Shown here piece after piece: positions 36,647 through 50,851 of a stretch of DNA of 64,000 bases. The position numbers and the translations under genes are program-made. Within the stretch, counting starts at the first letter, position 1. Every line of letters starts with the position of its first letter. A model generated the notes under the pieces. That model was not told the DNA's origin, did not search any database, and was given only the letters and a program-made list of their open reading frames with translations. Origin of the DNA: Chiloscyllium plagiosum. Taxonomy: Eukaryota. The stretch spans positions 13,381,979 through 13,445,978 of the forward strand of contig NC_057753.1 in assembly GCF_004010195.1 (NCBI RefSeq), given 5' to 3'.

Positions 36647-37255
36647 GTATTGAGTACAGGAGTTGGGGGGTCATGTTGCGGCTTTACATGACATTGGTTA
36701 GGCTGTTGGAATATTGCCTGCAATTCTGGTCTCCTTCCTATCGGAAAGACGTTGCGAAATGTGAAAGGGTTCAGCAAAGATTTACAACGATGTTGCCAGG
36801 GTTGGAGAATTTGAGCTATAGGAAGAGGCTGATCAGGCTGGGGCTTTTTTCCCTGGAGCGTCAGAGGCTCCAGGTGACCTTATAGATGATTACACAATTA
36901 TGAGGGACATGGATAGGATAAATAGGCAAAGTTTTTTTTTCCCCTGGGGTCGGGGAGTCCAGAATTAGAAGGCATAGGTTTAGGGCGACAGGGGAAAGAT
37001 ACAAAAAAGACCAAAAGGGCAACTTTTTCACACAGAGGGTGGTACGTGTATGGAATGAGCTTCCAGAGGAAGTGGTGGAGGCTGGTACAATTGCAACATT
37101 TAAGAGGCATTTGGATGGGTATATGAACAGGAAGGGTTTGGAAGGATATGGACTGGGTGCTGGCAGGTGGGACTAGATTGGGTTGGGATATCTGGTCAGC
37201 ATGGACGGTTCAGACTGAAGGGTCTGTTTCCATGTTGTACATCTCTATGGCTCTA
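36647..37255 (+). mobile_element. CR1 3' fragment inserted only in unit 3
   Basis: LYMTLVRLLEYCLQFWSPSYRKDV..ERVQQRFTTMLPGL; tctctatg tail. Confidence 0.88.
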
Positions 37256-37956
37256 AATAGTTGCAGTATGTAATAGCAATTTACATTGGGCACTGAAGCA
37301 TGTCCAGTGACAGTCCAAATAATTGTAGTAACTAGAGTGTACATCTTTCATTGTTAAAGACATTTATATACATTAGGATCAAGGATCGACAATATTAAAT
37401 GGTGCTGTGACATTATTATCAAGACAGGAAGCTAATGAACAAACATTAGTTCGGCAATAACCTGTTGCACAGGAGAAGTGAGCTGCAGGTTCCTGGAATA
37501 GCTAATGGAAGATCAAAAACCAGACCGAGGACAAAAGCCAAATTGAAACATATCAGGAAGAATGATAGGATTGCTTTTGGATCTTGGACGCATCACACAA
37601 CATTGATCGAAGTCAAGTTTCTGTTGTCATTTTATTCTGTGCCGCACATAGTTCAGAATCTGATCTTTCATGATTTCTGGTGTGCACCTCCTTCACTGGC
37701 GAGAGCACAGTACTTATATTGCAAACCCTTTCATTTGCACAATGGCATAAATTCTCTGAAGGCATATTTGCTTTTTACTCAAATGTATTCAGCATAAATT
37801 GAGGAGAGAGATCCTTCACGGATGCTGTACCCATTGAACACTCTGTCTTAATTATTTCGTTTTATATTAACTTTGCTCATTCTGGTATACAGGTAGGAAG
37901 TAAATGTTACTCTCGACTCGACGAGCCACACTTTGCACTTTGTTCCATTGGGGCGC

Positions 37957-37995
37957 TGTTATTGTACGAGGCTCAGCCTAGTTCCTGCCACTGTG
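37957..37995 (-). other. 23-RSS of V-A2
   Basis: CACAGTG-23 bp-ACAATAACA. Confidence 0.95.
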
Positions 37996-38510
37996 TCTCT
38001 CAGTCCACAGTAATATACTGCGCTGTCAGACACCTGCAGCTCATAGATGGAAAAATTCCCCTTATTTTTTGACTTGTCCAAAGATGCAGAAAATCGATCG
38101 GACACCCCTTCTCCTCTGATGATACTTCCAAAGTTGTCAACGTAGATTAAGAATGTTGGAGTTTTTCCTGGGTCCTGACGGTACAGTTGCAAAGTATACG
38201 TGCTATATGTAGTGGAATATCTGAAGTGAATCGTTACTGAATCTCTTTCAAATTGTGTAACTGTAACAGGCTTCTGTGAGATCGAATCGGCACAAGTAAC
38301 ACCTGTGCAAATATAGAAAGAAAGTGACATCAAAATGACGATCACTATGAATGTTAACGAGTCAACGCCTATACTGTAATAGAGGAAAACACAGATAAAT
38401 CGAAGTTTGCTATATACAGTTTACCGAGAAGGGAATATTTTACAACTCAGAAACTTGCCTGTTAAGAGCGTTGCAGTAGTGAGAAATGAGTAAATAGTAA
38501 GAGTCGACAT
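37996..38510 (-). CDS. TCR V family A copy 2 (leader 38459-38510, V exon 37996-38302)
   Basis: Open leader and V; donor AG|GCAAGT; Cys23->Phe, Trp41->Leu. Confidence 0.9.
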
Positions 38511-39800
38511 GTTTGCGGAGCAGATGGCGGGTGAGCTCAAAGAGAATTGAAGTTGATTCTTTTGAGCTGGCAGTCAATGGTGTGTCATATCCGGTCTCGC
38601 TGCCGAATGGTTCACCTCTGTCAGAATCACCACGTATCACCCAATCGGCCAGCAGCCGCTGTACTCTCCAGTCCATGACGTCAGCGTGTTGACTGCATGA
38701 AATCCACTGGGAAATAGGGGACGCCGTTTGCTCCGTCCAACCTGCTCCACTAATGAACAATATGGTGTTTGATTCATATAATTTCCAAATTCTGGCAGCC
38801 TTCTCAAATCTCATCTGTCTTTTTCATGCATCAATCTACCAATATCGAACCAAAATGTCCTCCACCCCAGATCAAGAAATACTTGCTGATCACTGTACAA
38901 AGCTGATGGTAGCACTAACTTCAATTCACCTCTTTAACAAAGTCCGTCCTTGTCACTAATGGTAAATATTTAATACTGATTGAATTCAAGAGCAGGGAGG
39001 TTCTGCTGCAATTGTGCAAGGTGTTGTGAGTCCATACCGGGAGTATTGTGCGCAGTTCTGGACTCCTTACCTGAGGATGAATATACTGGTTTTGTAGGCG
39101 CTGCAGAGGATGTTCGTCAGAATGATTGTGCGGGTGAGGAAGGTTACTGGAGGAGGAGACGTTGATCCGCCTGAGACTGCACTCGCTCGAATTTAGAAGA
39201 ATGAGAAGCGACCTTGTGGAACGTATAAAATTATGAAAGGTGTGCATGAAAGATGGAGACAAGTTATGTCCGCTGGTGGTGAGACTAGGACGAGAGGACA
39301 TGGCCTCAAGATTACTGAGAGTGTAGGGTAGTGTAAAGGGAGGAACTGCATTTCCTGGAGACAGTGGGATTCCCTGCCAATGGAAACAGTACAAGAAGCT
39401 TCATTAAATTAATTCAAGACACGTTTGAATGAGTTTTTGCATGTTCAGGAAAATAAGGGTTATGGGGACAGTGCAGGTCGGAGTAGCCAAGGCAGTGGAT
39501 AGATCGTAATGAATGGCGGAGCGGGTTCGACGGGAGAAATGGACATCTCCAGCTTCTATTACTTTGTGCCATCGGCTCCAGAAAACGAGACCTGCTTATT
39601 CATCACCAGCAACTGGCACAGCGATATAAGAAGTTGTCATGTAGAAAAGCACACAATGTGAATTGCAGAAAGAGAGATTTTGGGACCATTGATGTTTGTT
39701 CTCTCGTTTCCAATGTCTTGTCAGTTGACAATCCAGCGACATATCAGAAATGTGGCCTAGGATGCAGCTAGGGAATGGAGGCTCATGTGTGTGTCTGGCT

Positions 39801-39839
39801 AGTTTTTGTACGGACTGACTGCAACTCTTTATCAGCGTG
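39801..39839 (-). other. 23-RSS of V-B2
   Basis: CACGCTG-23 bp-ACAAAAACT. Confidence 0.9.
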
Positions 39840-40274
39840 AGACTCAGCGCACAGTGGTAGACGGCAGAATCAGATACATGAGCAACAGTGATATTTAAGG
39901 GAAATATTTTCTGCTTTTTGTCCAGAGAAGAAGAGAACCTGTCAGAAAAAGCTGGAGACGTTTGTCCTTCTTCCTTGTTGAATCTTTTCAGCAAATATCC
40001 AGGAGCTTCCCCAGGATATTGGATGTACCAAAAGAGCACTGCAGGAGGGGACTGTGCTGAGTAATTACAGTTGAGGATTACAGTCTCTCCTTCTTGAACC
40101 GCTTTTTCAAGTGGATCCTGGGAAACTGAATCTTGGCCGCTCGCACCTGCAACAGAAATAATGAAGTTGTCAAAAATTTGAAGGTCGAACTGGTGAAGCG
40201 CATCTTGACGATTTTAGGTCAAACTTACCTGTCACCACTGTCATCATTATCAGTGAAGCACATAAAAAGCACAT
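39840..40274 (-). CDS. TCR V family B copy 2 (leader 40229-40274, V exon 39840-40146)
   Basis: QDSVSQDPLEKAVQEGETVILNCNYS..LFWYIQYPG..DSAVYHCALS; GT-AG intron. Confidence 0.93.
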
Positions 40275-42111
40275 ATTTCAGGTTCGGCACTTTTCAGAAT
40301 GTTTTGACCGTCTGATCTTCCATGAGGGACTGAACCGCGATCAGAATCAATCTTCACTTTCTGGACAAGTGAGACATTTGTTCCCTTGATCCAATTGGCT
40401 GGTTTCTTGATATGACGTCACCCGTCATATAATAAAGGACAGACGACAGCTGACTCTCTCTAATCTCTTCCCTGGCTGTCTTGCTCACCCTGATACTCTT
40501 TCCCATGCATTCAGCCATTAGATCTCCTTCCGTTATTGCACTTTCCTTTCTGCAGCGATCGATCGGCCACGCTTCAGAGAGATAGATCTTTCCCTGCAGC
40601 TAAGATAAAAGGTGAAATAATTCAAAATTATTTTATTACTCAGGTATCAGTCAATGTGTACAGTCATGATCCATAGTTAATTGTTACTGTGTGAAGCTCA
40701 GCGGGGAAATGACAAGCAGTTACCTTTCTCGAAACTGAGTTGTGGTACCAGTGCGGCTCATTGTGTTTTGACAGTTTGCTGACTTTAAACAGAAACAATT
40801 TTCATCCCATGAATTTTAAAAGTTTCAACGCATCAAACACTCCACCAACCAGATTTCAGATTATATCAGTTTTCAAAGATACTTGGGCAGTCAATCTGGA
40901 AATTCTAGAAGTGAGAATTGATTAAGTTACTTGCCGTAGACATCTTCACACGATCGTGATGAATTGCAACAGGATGACGGCATTTACCCTTTTGAACCGT
41001 TTTTGCAAAACAATTTGATGCATCCAAAACACGCACGCACACACACACACACAGAGGCAATATGGAGAACGACAAATTCATCACTGAAGGTCGGACAGAA
41101 TGCGTTGATCAGCAGGAGATGTGCTTGGGCACCAATAACCTTAGGCCATGTGACTTCATAAGATGTGGAGACAATACCGAGGATTGTGAGAGGGGTTGAG
41201 TCTGGGTTGGTAACTTTTCAGAGGGTGGTGTGGATTTGTTGAGTCATATGGAGGGATTTGCACACTGCAGGGATTCCATGACATCTATAAAAAGAGTAGC
41301 GTCCTAGACCAGTGCTGTGGATCTGAAGTCACAGAATAGCCAGACCAGGTGAGGACAGAGGATGCTCTGAAGCACATTATTGAATTACATCTATCAATTG
41401 ACAATGATTGCATGGTCATTGTTCGACTCTCGCATGCAGATGTTCTATTTTACTCAATTCAAATTTTATCATCTGCTTTGGTGGGATTCGAATCCCGTTT
41501 CCCAGAACATTAACTGATTCTCTGCAATAATCATCTAGCTATAGTACTAATAGGTTAACTAGTCCCACGTTTGTGAACTTTCTCCAAAGCTTTCCTTTTC
41601 AAAGATACTTTCCATTTCCTTTTGAAAGTTCCCATTGAAGGTGTCTTGATCATCATTTCAGGTAATGCATTCCAGCTCATTTTAACTCGTTAGAAGGAAT
41701 GAGGCATATCTCAAACTTCAGTGTGTGGGATGCACATAGAAGAAAACGTGGAAGTTCTTGGGTACAATGCAGTCCTTCTTCACTTAGTATTCAAACAATT
41801 ATCATTATGAAGAAACTTTACAGATCCATTCCACCTGCAATTTTACTACAGATTTTAAGCAATCACTTTCAGATGTGCTTTTGCATATAAAGCAGGAAGG
41901 TAATACAAACAGGTTCATATGTTGGAGAATTGTCAAGTGTCATTTTCAAACTGGAAAGTTAAAGCTGCCACTTTACTTTAAGTCAGGAACAATTCACAAA
42001 CACAACCGTCTATGTGTTTCAGATCTCCAGCATTCACAATTATGTTTCATATTATGAATGTGAACGCAGCCTTCTGAGAAAGGAATTTTAACACATAGGG
42101 AAGTTTGACAA

Positions 42112-42278
42112 ACATTCACAGCAGGGAGATACGATGGTCAACCTGTCCGTGGTCATGGATTCTATTGATCACCTCCTAGACAGACACAAAGACGATATTG
42201 TCAACGAGGAACCATGAATATGTGAGGACTGTGGCAAAGGATTCAATTACCCATCCTAGCTGGAAATCCATTGACGAA
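42112..42278 (+). pseudogene. C2H2 zinc-finger gene relic
   Basis: EEP*ICEDCGKGFNYPS*LEIH*R. Confidence 0.75.
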
Positions 42279-45200
42279 ATCTATGGGAGATGAATTTCTG
42301 GAGCTCGCTCTGAACCTTTCTGAAGCAAAACGTTGAAGCACCAATTACAATCAGCTTGTTTTAGGAATAGCATTGGTTGAAGTCAGAGAAAAAATAATAA
42401 GGTTGAACCTGCCACACAGTGTGTTTGAGTTCTTCTATACAGCAAAATAACTGTGAGTCGTCTCTTATAGAAAATGATATACGTTTATTGGACAAAATTA
42501 ACGTGAGAACTACAAGCAAATGAAATATCACAACGACCTATCTTCTGCTTTAATTTAACTTTGTATGCTCGTATACCACCGCACGCAAAGTTGGCCAGGC
42601 TCAATGTGGTGATGATTTCCTTTTCTTCAGATGGTCTTAAAGGTGCATTCCCTTTCGGTGGTTATTCTCGAGTTACCATCCTGAGTGGGGTTTTGTGGTG
42701 ACTGCTCTCCTTCCGAGGATTCGCGCCCTTTTGGGCGGATTTTGAGGATCTGCCAACGGATTCATCAGGTTCGATTAGCCTGATTGGTCAGAACCAGGCA
42801 CTTGTTTTCACGTTGATGGTAGGGTCGCCCTTAGGCGTCCAATACGGTAGTTGTTGGGTGCACGTAACCTCCATCCAAATAAGGGTGCTAGGTGCCTCTC
42901 TGTTTAGCGAAAGACTCACTGCTCCCAATTGTCCCGAGGGTGAAATTCCATTATCCTATCCAAATCCAACTTCAGTTGTGTATTGCAGTGTCTGCAGCTG
43001 TCAGGTTTGTTTGCAAACCGGCTATGGGCAGCTGCAGCGTGTATGGATTCTGCATCATGTGGATTAGCACTGTCACTTTAGTCAAGGCTTAGTTCGATTT
43101 CCCAGCACGCTTTAATCATTGTTAATCTTTTGTAACTCCATGTTAAGTGTATTAGTGTCATCATAAGTTCATTATTTCAGGTGGCGCTTCTGGCCGCAGT
43201 CACCTTGCTTATCAGACGTCCTGTTGAATAGAGTTCATAATGTCGTGCAATTTTTAATCAAGATTCAAAGTGACATCATTCATACTGGAAATAGAGTCTC
43301 AAACCTGAGAAATGAAAACTATGAAAACTGGAATGGCAAATTGTTTATGATGGATTGCCAAAATACACAAAATAATTTACAAGTAAACAGGCTGTACAGA
43401 GTGATTGAAGAGGTATTATATGATCCGTAATTATTATTTGTTCCTCAAAAACAGCGATGTGCAGCTGGAAAAATAAATCAGCTATGGCTAGCGAAATTTT
43501 GAAGACATGTATACTGTATGGCTTGCAAGGCTGCAAAAAAGTGAGAAGCCAAATGATTGAAAGCAATCTAGATTTCAATAAATGAATGACCAAAAGACTG
43601 ATTAAATGGCATCTCAGAAGAATCATAAATATGAAATGTATAAGTTGCTTAAATAGATGAAATGCAGAAAAGCAGTAAAACATGCTGGATTTTCACCGAG
43701 GTCATCAGGTCCAATATTCACTGCCTTATCACTAATGCACAGTTGCAGAAATGTGGCCGCAGAATGCACTACAGTAATTCGCCAAGTGTCCTGCAAAAGA
43801 ACATTCCCATGCCCTCACCACCTAGAAAGACAAAGAGGTGAGATACAAAGGAACACTTCAGGCCACACTCGGTCGTTAATTAGACCTAAGTCACATGCTT
43901 TCATGATCACTTGGCAAAGACCCTGGAACACTCTTGCTTACAACAATGTGGGTGCCCCAACTCAGCAAGTAAGGCAAATATTGAAGAAGGCAGGTCCCAC
44001 CACCTCCTCCCCAGCAGATCGGTTTGGTCAAAGCTTCTGTCCTTGGTTCTCTGTGCTCCAAGTGATACAGTGCTACCCCCTGCTGGCGGCTACATGCCAT
44101 TGCACAGGCAGAGTGGAAAACGTCTTTGGGGATGATGTCAGAGGAATGACAGCAACGCACTGCATTGTTCAAACGGACAACATCATCTGCTCTCACACTT
44201 AGACATTGTGGGAATGACAGAGTTGATCAGTGTGAATCATTGTGTGCCACCTTCAGCAAACGAATGTGCCTGGAAAAGACAGGCTAAGAAGCAGCATGTC
44301 CTCCAACCAGAAGTGTCAACACAGCGAACACTGTGAACAGGCGACATTAAAATGCCAGCCCAGTTTTCCCTGTCACCTGCAACACAAATATTTTGTATGC
44401 TTGGTTTCTCTGCATTCAAGGAATACAGGGTAGTAGTTGTCAAGACAGTAAGAGTTGCTACCGATTGATTTATATATGATGAGTTCATAATTGTTTACCT
44501 GCATCTGGAATATATTTATTTGAAATCAATACTAATTTATGTTAAGTACAGAAGCCTGGGCCGGGCTGTCTGCTAATTTGGGACTAAAGCACAGGTAAAT
44601 CTGGAATTTTGTGAACTTTGATAAATTCTTTAACTTTTGCGATACCTCCAAGAACTGCAGGTCTTGCTGTTATCCAGGCATTCCAATCATCAAACTGTAC
44701 TGACAAATGTAATTACTGATGTTTCTTCTGTCGTGGGAGATTTAGCTCTAGATCTGTATTTGCATCATTATCCCTGACAATTAAATCAGATTCCCAATTT
44801 CATAAATACACTGACTACGCTTCAAAACGTTGGATTTTGAACGATGCTCCAGCGCCAGAACGTATTATCCTGCTGCATGAAAAGTATTTTGAAAGTTTCC
44901 ATCCCACAGTTACGGTGAAGACATTCAGAATCAGTTGGAGACATCTCTCGATAAAGACCACTGCCTATTGAGGAAGGACATTCCCAAGTCTCACAATGCT
45001 CTGACAGGTAAGTTATCCCTCGTCTCTGATTAAATGGATGGAGTCATAGAGTCCTACAATATGGAACAGGCTCTCTGTCTCAAATGTCCGAAGCCATCAG
45101 TCGACTCTAATACCTTTTCCCTACACTTGACCCATACCTTTTCTAATCCTTTCCTATCCATTGACTTTTCTAAATGCCTTTTAAAAGTTGCTAATGTAGC

Positions 45201-47208
45201 CACCTCAACCACCTCCGCTGGCATTTCATTCCACATGAGTACTACAGTCTGTGTTAAAAACGTTGGCCCTTCGATTCCTTTGCTTCTTTCCCCTTAAATT
45301 AATGCCACTTAGTTCTTGATTCCCCAACCCTGGGACAAAAGACAGTGAATTCAAACCATCCATGTCTCTTATAGTCTTGTACACCTTCATACGTTCCACA
45401 CTCCCCACTCCCGTTCCACTCAATCTCCTACACTCTAAAGATAAATGTCCTAGTTTTTCCAACCTTTCCTTGTTAATCAGACTATTGAGTCCAGGGAATA
45501 TGCTTGTAAATTTCTTCTGCACTCTTTCTATTTTAATAAATACTTCGTACAGCAAGGTGACCAAACTAAGCACAATACCCCAAATGCAGCCTCACCAACG
45601 TCATGTACAATTTGAACATTATTCCCAATTTCCCTGACTGAAGAAGGCTAGTGTGCCGAAACCATTTTCACTGTCCTGTCTAACTGTGACTTTCAGAGAA
45701 CAGTGCACCTGAACACCAAGGTCTGTCTGTTGCACTACACTCCTTAAGGCCATACCATCCAGCATGAAGTTCTTGCTTTGAATTGACTTTTCAAAATGCA
45801 AGACGTCACACTTGTCTATATCAAATTCCATTTGCGATTGCTGGCCCACTTCCCCAGCTGATCAAGGTCCTGCTGCAATTTCTGACAACGTTCTTCACTG
45901 TCCATGAAAGTTCCGATGTGAGTGTCATCTACAAACTTACTGTTAATGCCTTGTACATTCTCATCCTAATCATTTATATCAGAACATTGGATAGTGTTTA
46001 ACAATGGATGAGTTTAAACTATAAACCCTAGTTCTAGTACGCCATGAATAGTAAAAAGTAGCCCTTGAATAATTTCCTATCTGAGCCCTCTTAAAAGAAT
46101 GTGATGGTTTTTGAAATGCCTGCTTCGACAGCCGGTGGTAGAACGATATGATCTTATTCAGAAGACAGCAACAAGCAGAGAACGTCGACACTGTTATATT
46201 TTCAACATCAAGCCAGAAGTAATTTCCTTCACACACTGAGATGGACACATCCATTCACACGCAAGTGCACGCACACACACACACACACACACGCACAAAG
46301 ATAAATACAGACACACACAGAAGTAAACACAAACAAATGCATGCTCATGAACACACAGAAATATATTGGTTGCCACATAAAAACACACATATACACAGGC
46401 AGCAACATACATAAATAGATGCGCAGTCAGAAAAACACATCTAAAGACATACACAGACACCCAGAGGCACGCACACAAAAGCACAAACCTGAAATTTAGC
46501 AAGTTCCCTGCTCCCTTTCATTTTGCACTCTATCTGTCGCTCCACTTCTGTCCACAATTAGAACATAGAACATTCCAGCGTAGTGCAGGTCCTTCGGCCC
46601 TCGATGTTGCGCCGACCTGTGAAACCAATTTGAAGCACGTCGAACCTACGTTATCCCGTTCTCGTCCACATGCCTCTGCAATGACCATTTAAATGCCCTT
46701 AAAGTTGGCGAGTCTACTCCTGTTGCAGGAAGTGCGTTCCACGCCCCTCCTACTCTCTTCGTAAAGAAATTACCTCGGATTTCTGTTCGATACCTATCAC
46801 TCCTCAGTTTAAAGCCATGTCCCGTCGTGCTAGCCATCGCCATCTGAGGAAAAAGGCTCTCACTGTCCACCCTATCTAACCCTCTGATTATCTTCTATGT
46901 CTCAATTAATTCATCTCTCAACCTTCTTCTCTCCGATGAAAATAGCCTCAAGTTCTTCATGCTATCCAGGTACGACCTCCCATCCATAACAGGCAACATC
47001 CCAGTAAACCTCCTCTGAACTCTTTCCAAAGCTTCTACATCCTTCCTAATGTGGTGACCAGAACTGTACGCAATACTCCAAGTGCGGCTGCACCATTTAG
47101 TTTTAACTTCTGAAGTATTAGCATAATGAATGGACAGCATCTTCCAATAGAATGAGATTTCAGAGATACTTGCCTGGTTTTGGGCAGACCCCATCACAGA
47201 GAGGGTGA

Positions 47209-47245
<37 letters not shown>

Positions 47246-47952
47246 GTGCGTGCGCGCGTGCGTGCGTGCAAGTTTACGTGATTGCACATGAGAGAGGGGT
47301 TGATTTCAGAAAGATCACCCTTGAGGAGCATAACAATATGAGTTACCAATGTAGCTCTTCCTTTTAGTATGGTGCACGGAATGGAAATAATTGTTCATAT
47401 TGCATTACACTGAGGAGACGTGCTGCTTCAAATCACAGGCCAAAATTTAGGAATTAATGTTGAGATATTTTGCTTGATTCTGTGAGGCTGCTGAAAGTGT
47501 AGAGTACAGTCTCAATTGCAATGCGTGAAGAAAATGCCCCAAAATCGTTAAATGCTGCATTTGCAATAAAATGGGCACAGCAATCCAGGCAACAATTTTT
47601 TGTTTGGGGGTGAGGAGGGGGAGGAGGATATTTTCGTTTTCATTGACCACGATCGTATGAACTCAATTGTGGTGAGAAATTGACGTAGCAATTTATCTAG
47701 TGGAAGATAACCACTAGAGGGCAGAGTGAATCTGTGACATATATTAAACGAGAGGGCGGAGTGACATTACACACATTGTGAGCAGCTCTGTGTGCGAAAG
47801 GCCTGGTACGGAAAGATAAACTCGAAGACATAACTTATTTCACAACTTCTAAAGAAGGCAGCACTGTGTTCGACACGAAAAGAGTGTTTTTCTCATTGTT
47901 AACTCTTTTTTTTCCAACAAAACTCTGCGGGCCTTACGCTTCATGTAACTTG

Positions 47953-48290
47953 ATGATGTCTCAAATTTACCGAGTTCTTTTCCTGCTTTCCTCTCTGATC
48001 TACAAGGTAGAAACTGGAGAGGATGAAGTCACGCAACTTGCTCAGTGGAAAGTTGTTAAGGAGGCAGAAAACGCTTCCATTGAATGCTCCACAACAAACA
48101 CATTTGACACAGTGCACTGGTACAGACAGCTCCCGAACCAGCCGCCCCAGCATCTGGTGATGGCCAAAAGAGAAGCTGATCAACATGAGAGGATTTCTGC
48201 TTCAGTCAGTACAGACTACAAACACAGTGTCCTGAGTGTGAGAGACACCAGACTTAACGACACCGCCATCTACCTCTGTGCCAATGGGGG
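47953..48290 (+). CDS. TCR alpha-type V family C copy 3 (leader and V in one ORF)
   Basis: MMSQIYRVLFLLSSLIYKVETGEDEVTQ..IECS..WYRQ..DTAIYLCANG. Confidence 0.92.
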
Positions 48291-48329
48291 CACAGTGTTA
48301 CAAGCTGAGGGAGAGTCTGAACAAAAACC
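48291..48329 (+). other. 23-RSS of V-C3
   Basis: CACAGTG-23 bp-ACAAAAACC. Confidence 0.97.
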
Positions 48330-49723
48330 TATACTGCACAGCTGAGCATCAATGCAATTATTTCTGGGCTGCATATTTCGATGTTAAGGGGACCACGGTG
48401 ACAGAAAATGAGATAGAAAAGCTGAGCAAGACGTAAAGAGTGCACGAAGTGAAGAGAATTGGAAATCTAGGTGGAGACAAAGCAAGCATATTCACATATG
48501 CTAACGTCAGTGATAGAAAAGATGAGAGAAAGAGCGTAAATAAAGTAACAACACATGTAGAAGATAAAATGATGATAAACTATTAAAAGATAAATGGAAA
48601 AATAACGAGTGTCATGCATAGACGTTAAATATTAAATCAGTTTAAGTCATAAATTAACTTTGAAGGAAAGTAATATGGCCTTTCTTTTAACATCATTCAC
48701 CTTTCATGAACGCTTACACATTCCAGTTCCCAGAAATGATTCGAATAAGCTAATCATTCGACATCATCCCATCGACTCAACTGTTCATTTCCTTGTGGTG
48801 AAACGTTCCTAGATACCTGCTCCAATGGAAACTATAGTCCCACTCACTTGAACTCTTTGTGTCCTTTTCGCAGACACTTCGTGCCATCCTCATCACTTGC
48901 CTTGCCATTTACTTTTGCGTCTTTAGCAAAATACATTCTCTTCTGTCAGGATTTCTATTAACATGTACCCCTGTTCTCTCACCATTCCCATTCAGACTTT
49001 CAGAGAAACTGTGTCATCATGTCTTCCTTCAAAAAATATTATAGTATTTGGGTGCTGCATGCAACTCTTGCATGCATCACTAATACACGTTGAAAATGTG
49101 GCGGTGAACCGTTTTGTCCAGGTGCTGCAATGTATCCGGTGTAGATACCGTTGATACATTTGCGATGGCACAATGTAAAATTCAAGAAATGTCGATTGCT
49201 AAGAATCTTACCAGAAAATGCAGCAAAATCGACATTCCACTCAACTATTTAAGAAATTGAAAATGCACTTTTTTTTAATGGACATTATCACTGTGTCCAA
49301 AACACACTAACCCTTAGCCTGGGCGAAAGGAAGTTCTCAAAACGCCAGAGAGCAGTTCTCTTAACTGCAGAACTCTAGTTTCTGACACTAGAACAACGTG
49401 GACTGTGTTCCTTCTCTGACTTCGCCTACAGAGAACCTACAACTGCCAAATATCAGTGTTGGTTCAAAGTCTATGCAAGACCCCGTTGTCTGGCTAATAC
49501 ATTTACGGTGTTCCTTTCTCTTGTGGCCATATGAATTGAAGTTCAAAGCGCGTGAAGCTGATTGTTTGAATTGATGAACAAAGGCGTTTGACACTCATTG
49601 GTTGTCACATCATGCCTTTGACAACAATGAACCAATGGGCAGAGATCAGGAATTGTTAGCAATTCTTGACGAAAATTATTTTAGCTTCGATCTGCTCACA
49701 TTCGCTGTGATCTCTCGATAACA

Positions 49724-50812
49724 ATGACGCCTGGAGCATTGAGTTTATTCCTCACAGCTATAGCTGTTCTAATGGGTAGGTTGATAAGTTGACGATCTTT
49801 TTCTTTTAGATCCGCAGCGGGAATTAGGTTTAACCCAGCAGTTCCATCAAAGTAGAGGCAGCGATACATTGTGTCCAAATCAATATAATCACGTGGGGCC
49901 AAATTTATCCAACACCTGCACTATTTGGGATGAGTTAGCAAACGACCCAATTGAAAGACTGCTGAAGACTTAGGCTGGGAATTAAGACGGACGGGGTCTG
50001 TTCAGATACTTTGACATAGGCGAGAGTTATAAACTAACATACCGTCTGCAGTTTTCTCTTCAGGATCGGGAACGAAATTGAAAATGACCTTGTTAGGCGG
50101 TGTGACACGTGTACTGAAGGAGGTTTTATTTGATCTGGCAAATCCCTTCACCAAGACAGCTGCCGAGTTGCATGAAATTATTTTTTGTTTTTCGCGAACT
50201 TATTTCGCAGGTTTTTGATAAAGGTCACAGGATGACTGTGGCATCAGAATAATGAAATGTTTTCTGTAATTTTCGGATTCTCCTGGAGTCTCTAACTTCA
50301 AGCGCTGATTTTGCTAATGTTGACCTTTGCGAAGTAACCTGTATGCCTCTGTCTAAATTTGTTTTTCTCATTCTATGATCTGTACATCCTTCTTTACTAT
50401 GATCTGCCTCCACCGCTGGCAAAGAAAGCTTTCCAGTGCACTGAGGTACACGTGACAAATCGTCAATCAATTAACCAATCAAGTAAATCGATCAATCAAT
50501 TTTTGCAGGACTTTGCCGAGGAGATTCTGTCTCACAGACACCGGCTTCAATTGCAGTGAATGAGGAGGACAATGTCCAGTTGTTCTGTAATTATACGACA
50601 ACAAGCAATACTCCTTACCTTTTCTGGTACCTACAACATTTCAATGGTTCCATGGAATTTCTGCTACGGAGAAGCGAATTTGAAGCGAACGCAGAAAGGT
50701 TTCAAGGAGACCGGTTGTCCTCAAAGCTGGATCACGTGAACAGCACCATCAACCTGAAATTGGTGAAAACAGAACCGGCAGACTCTGCAATGTATTACTG
50801 CGCACTGAGCCC
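49724..50812 (+). CDS. TCR V family D copy 3 (leader 49724-49775, V exon 50509-50812)
   Basis: Leader MTPGALSLFLTAIAVLM-G|gtaggt; open V ending DSAMYYCALS. Confidence 0.9.
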
Positions 50813-50851
50813 CACGGAGTCTCAGAACTGGGCTGACGCTGTACAGAAACT
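50813..50851 (+). other. 23-RSS of V-D3
   Basis: CACGGAG-23 bp-ACAGAAACT. Confidence 0.75.

Noticed and set aside
47866-47952. Upstream hydrophobic extension of the C3 ORF as a separate leader exon
   Set aside because: No conserved ATG, a stop in C1, and splicing from the only conserved donor creates TAA.
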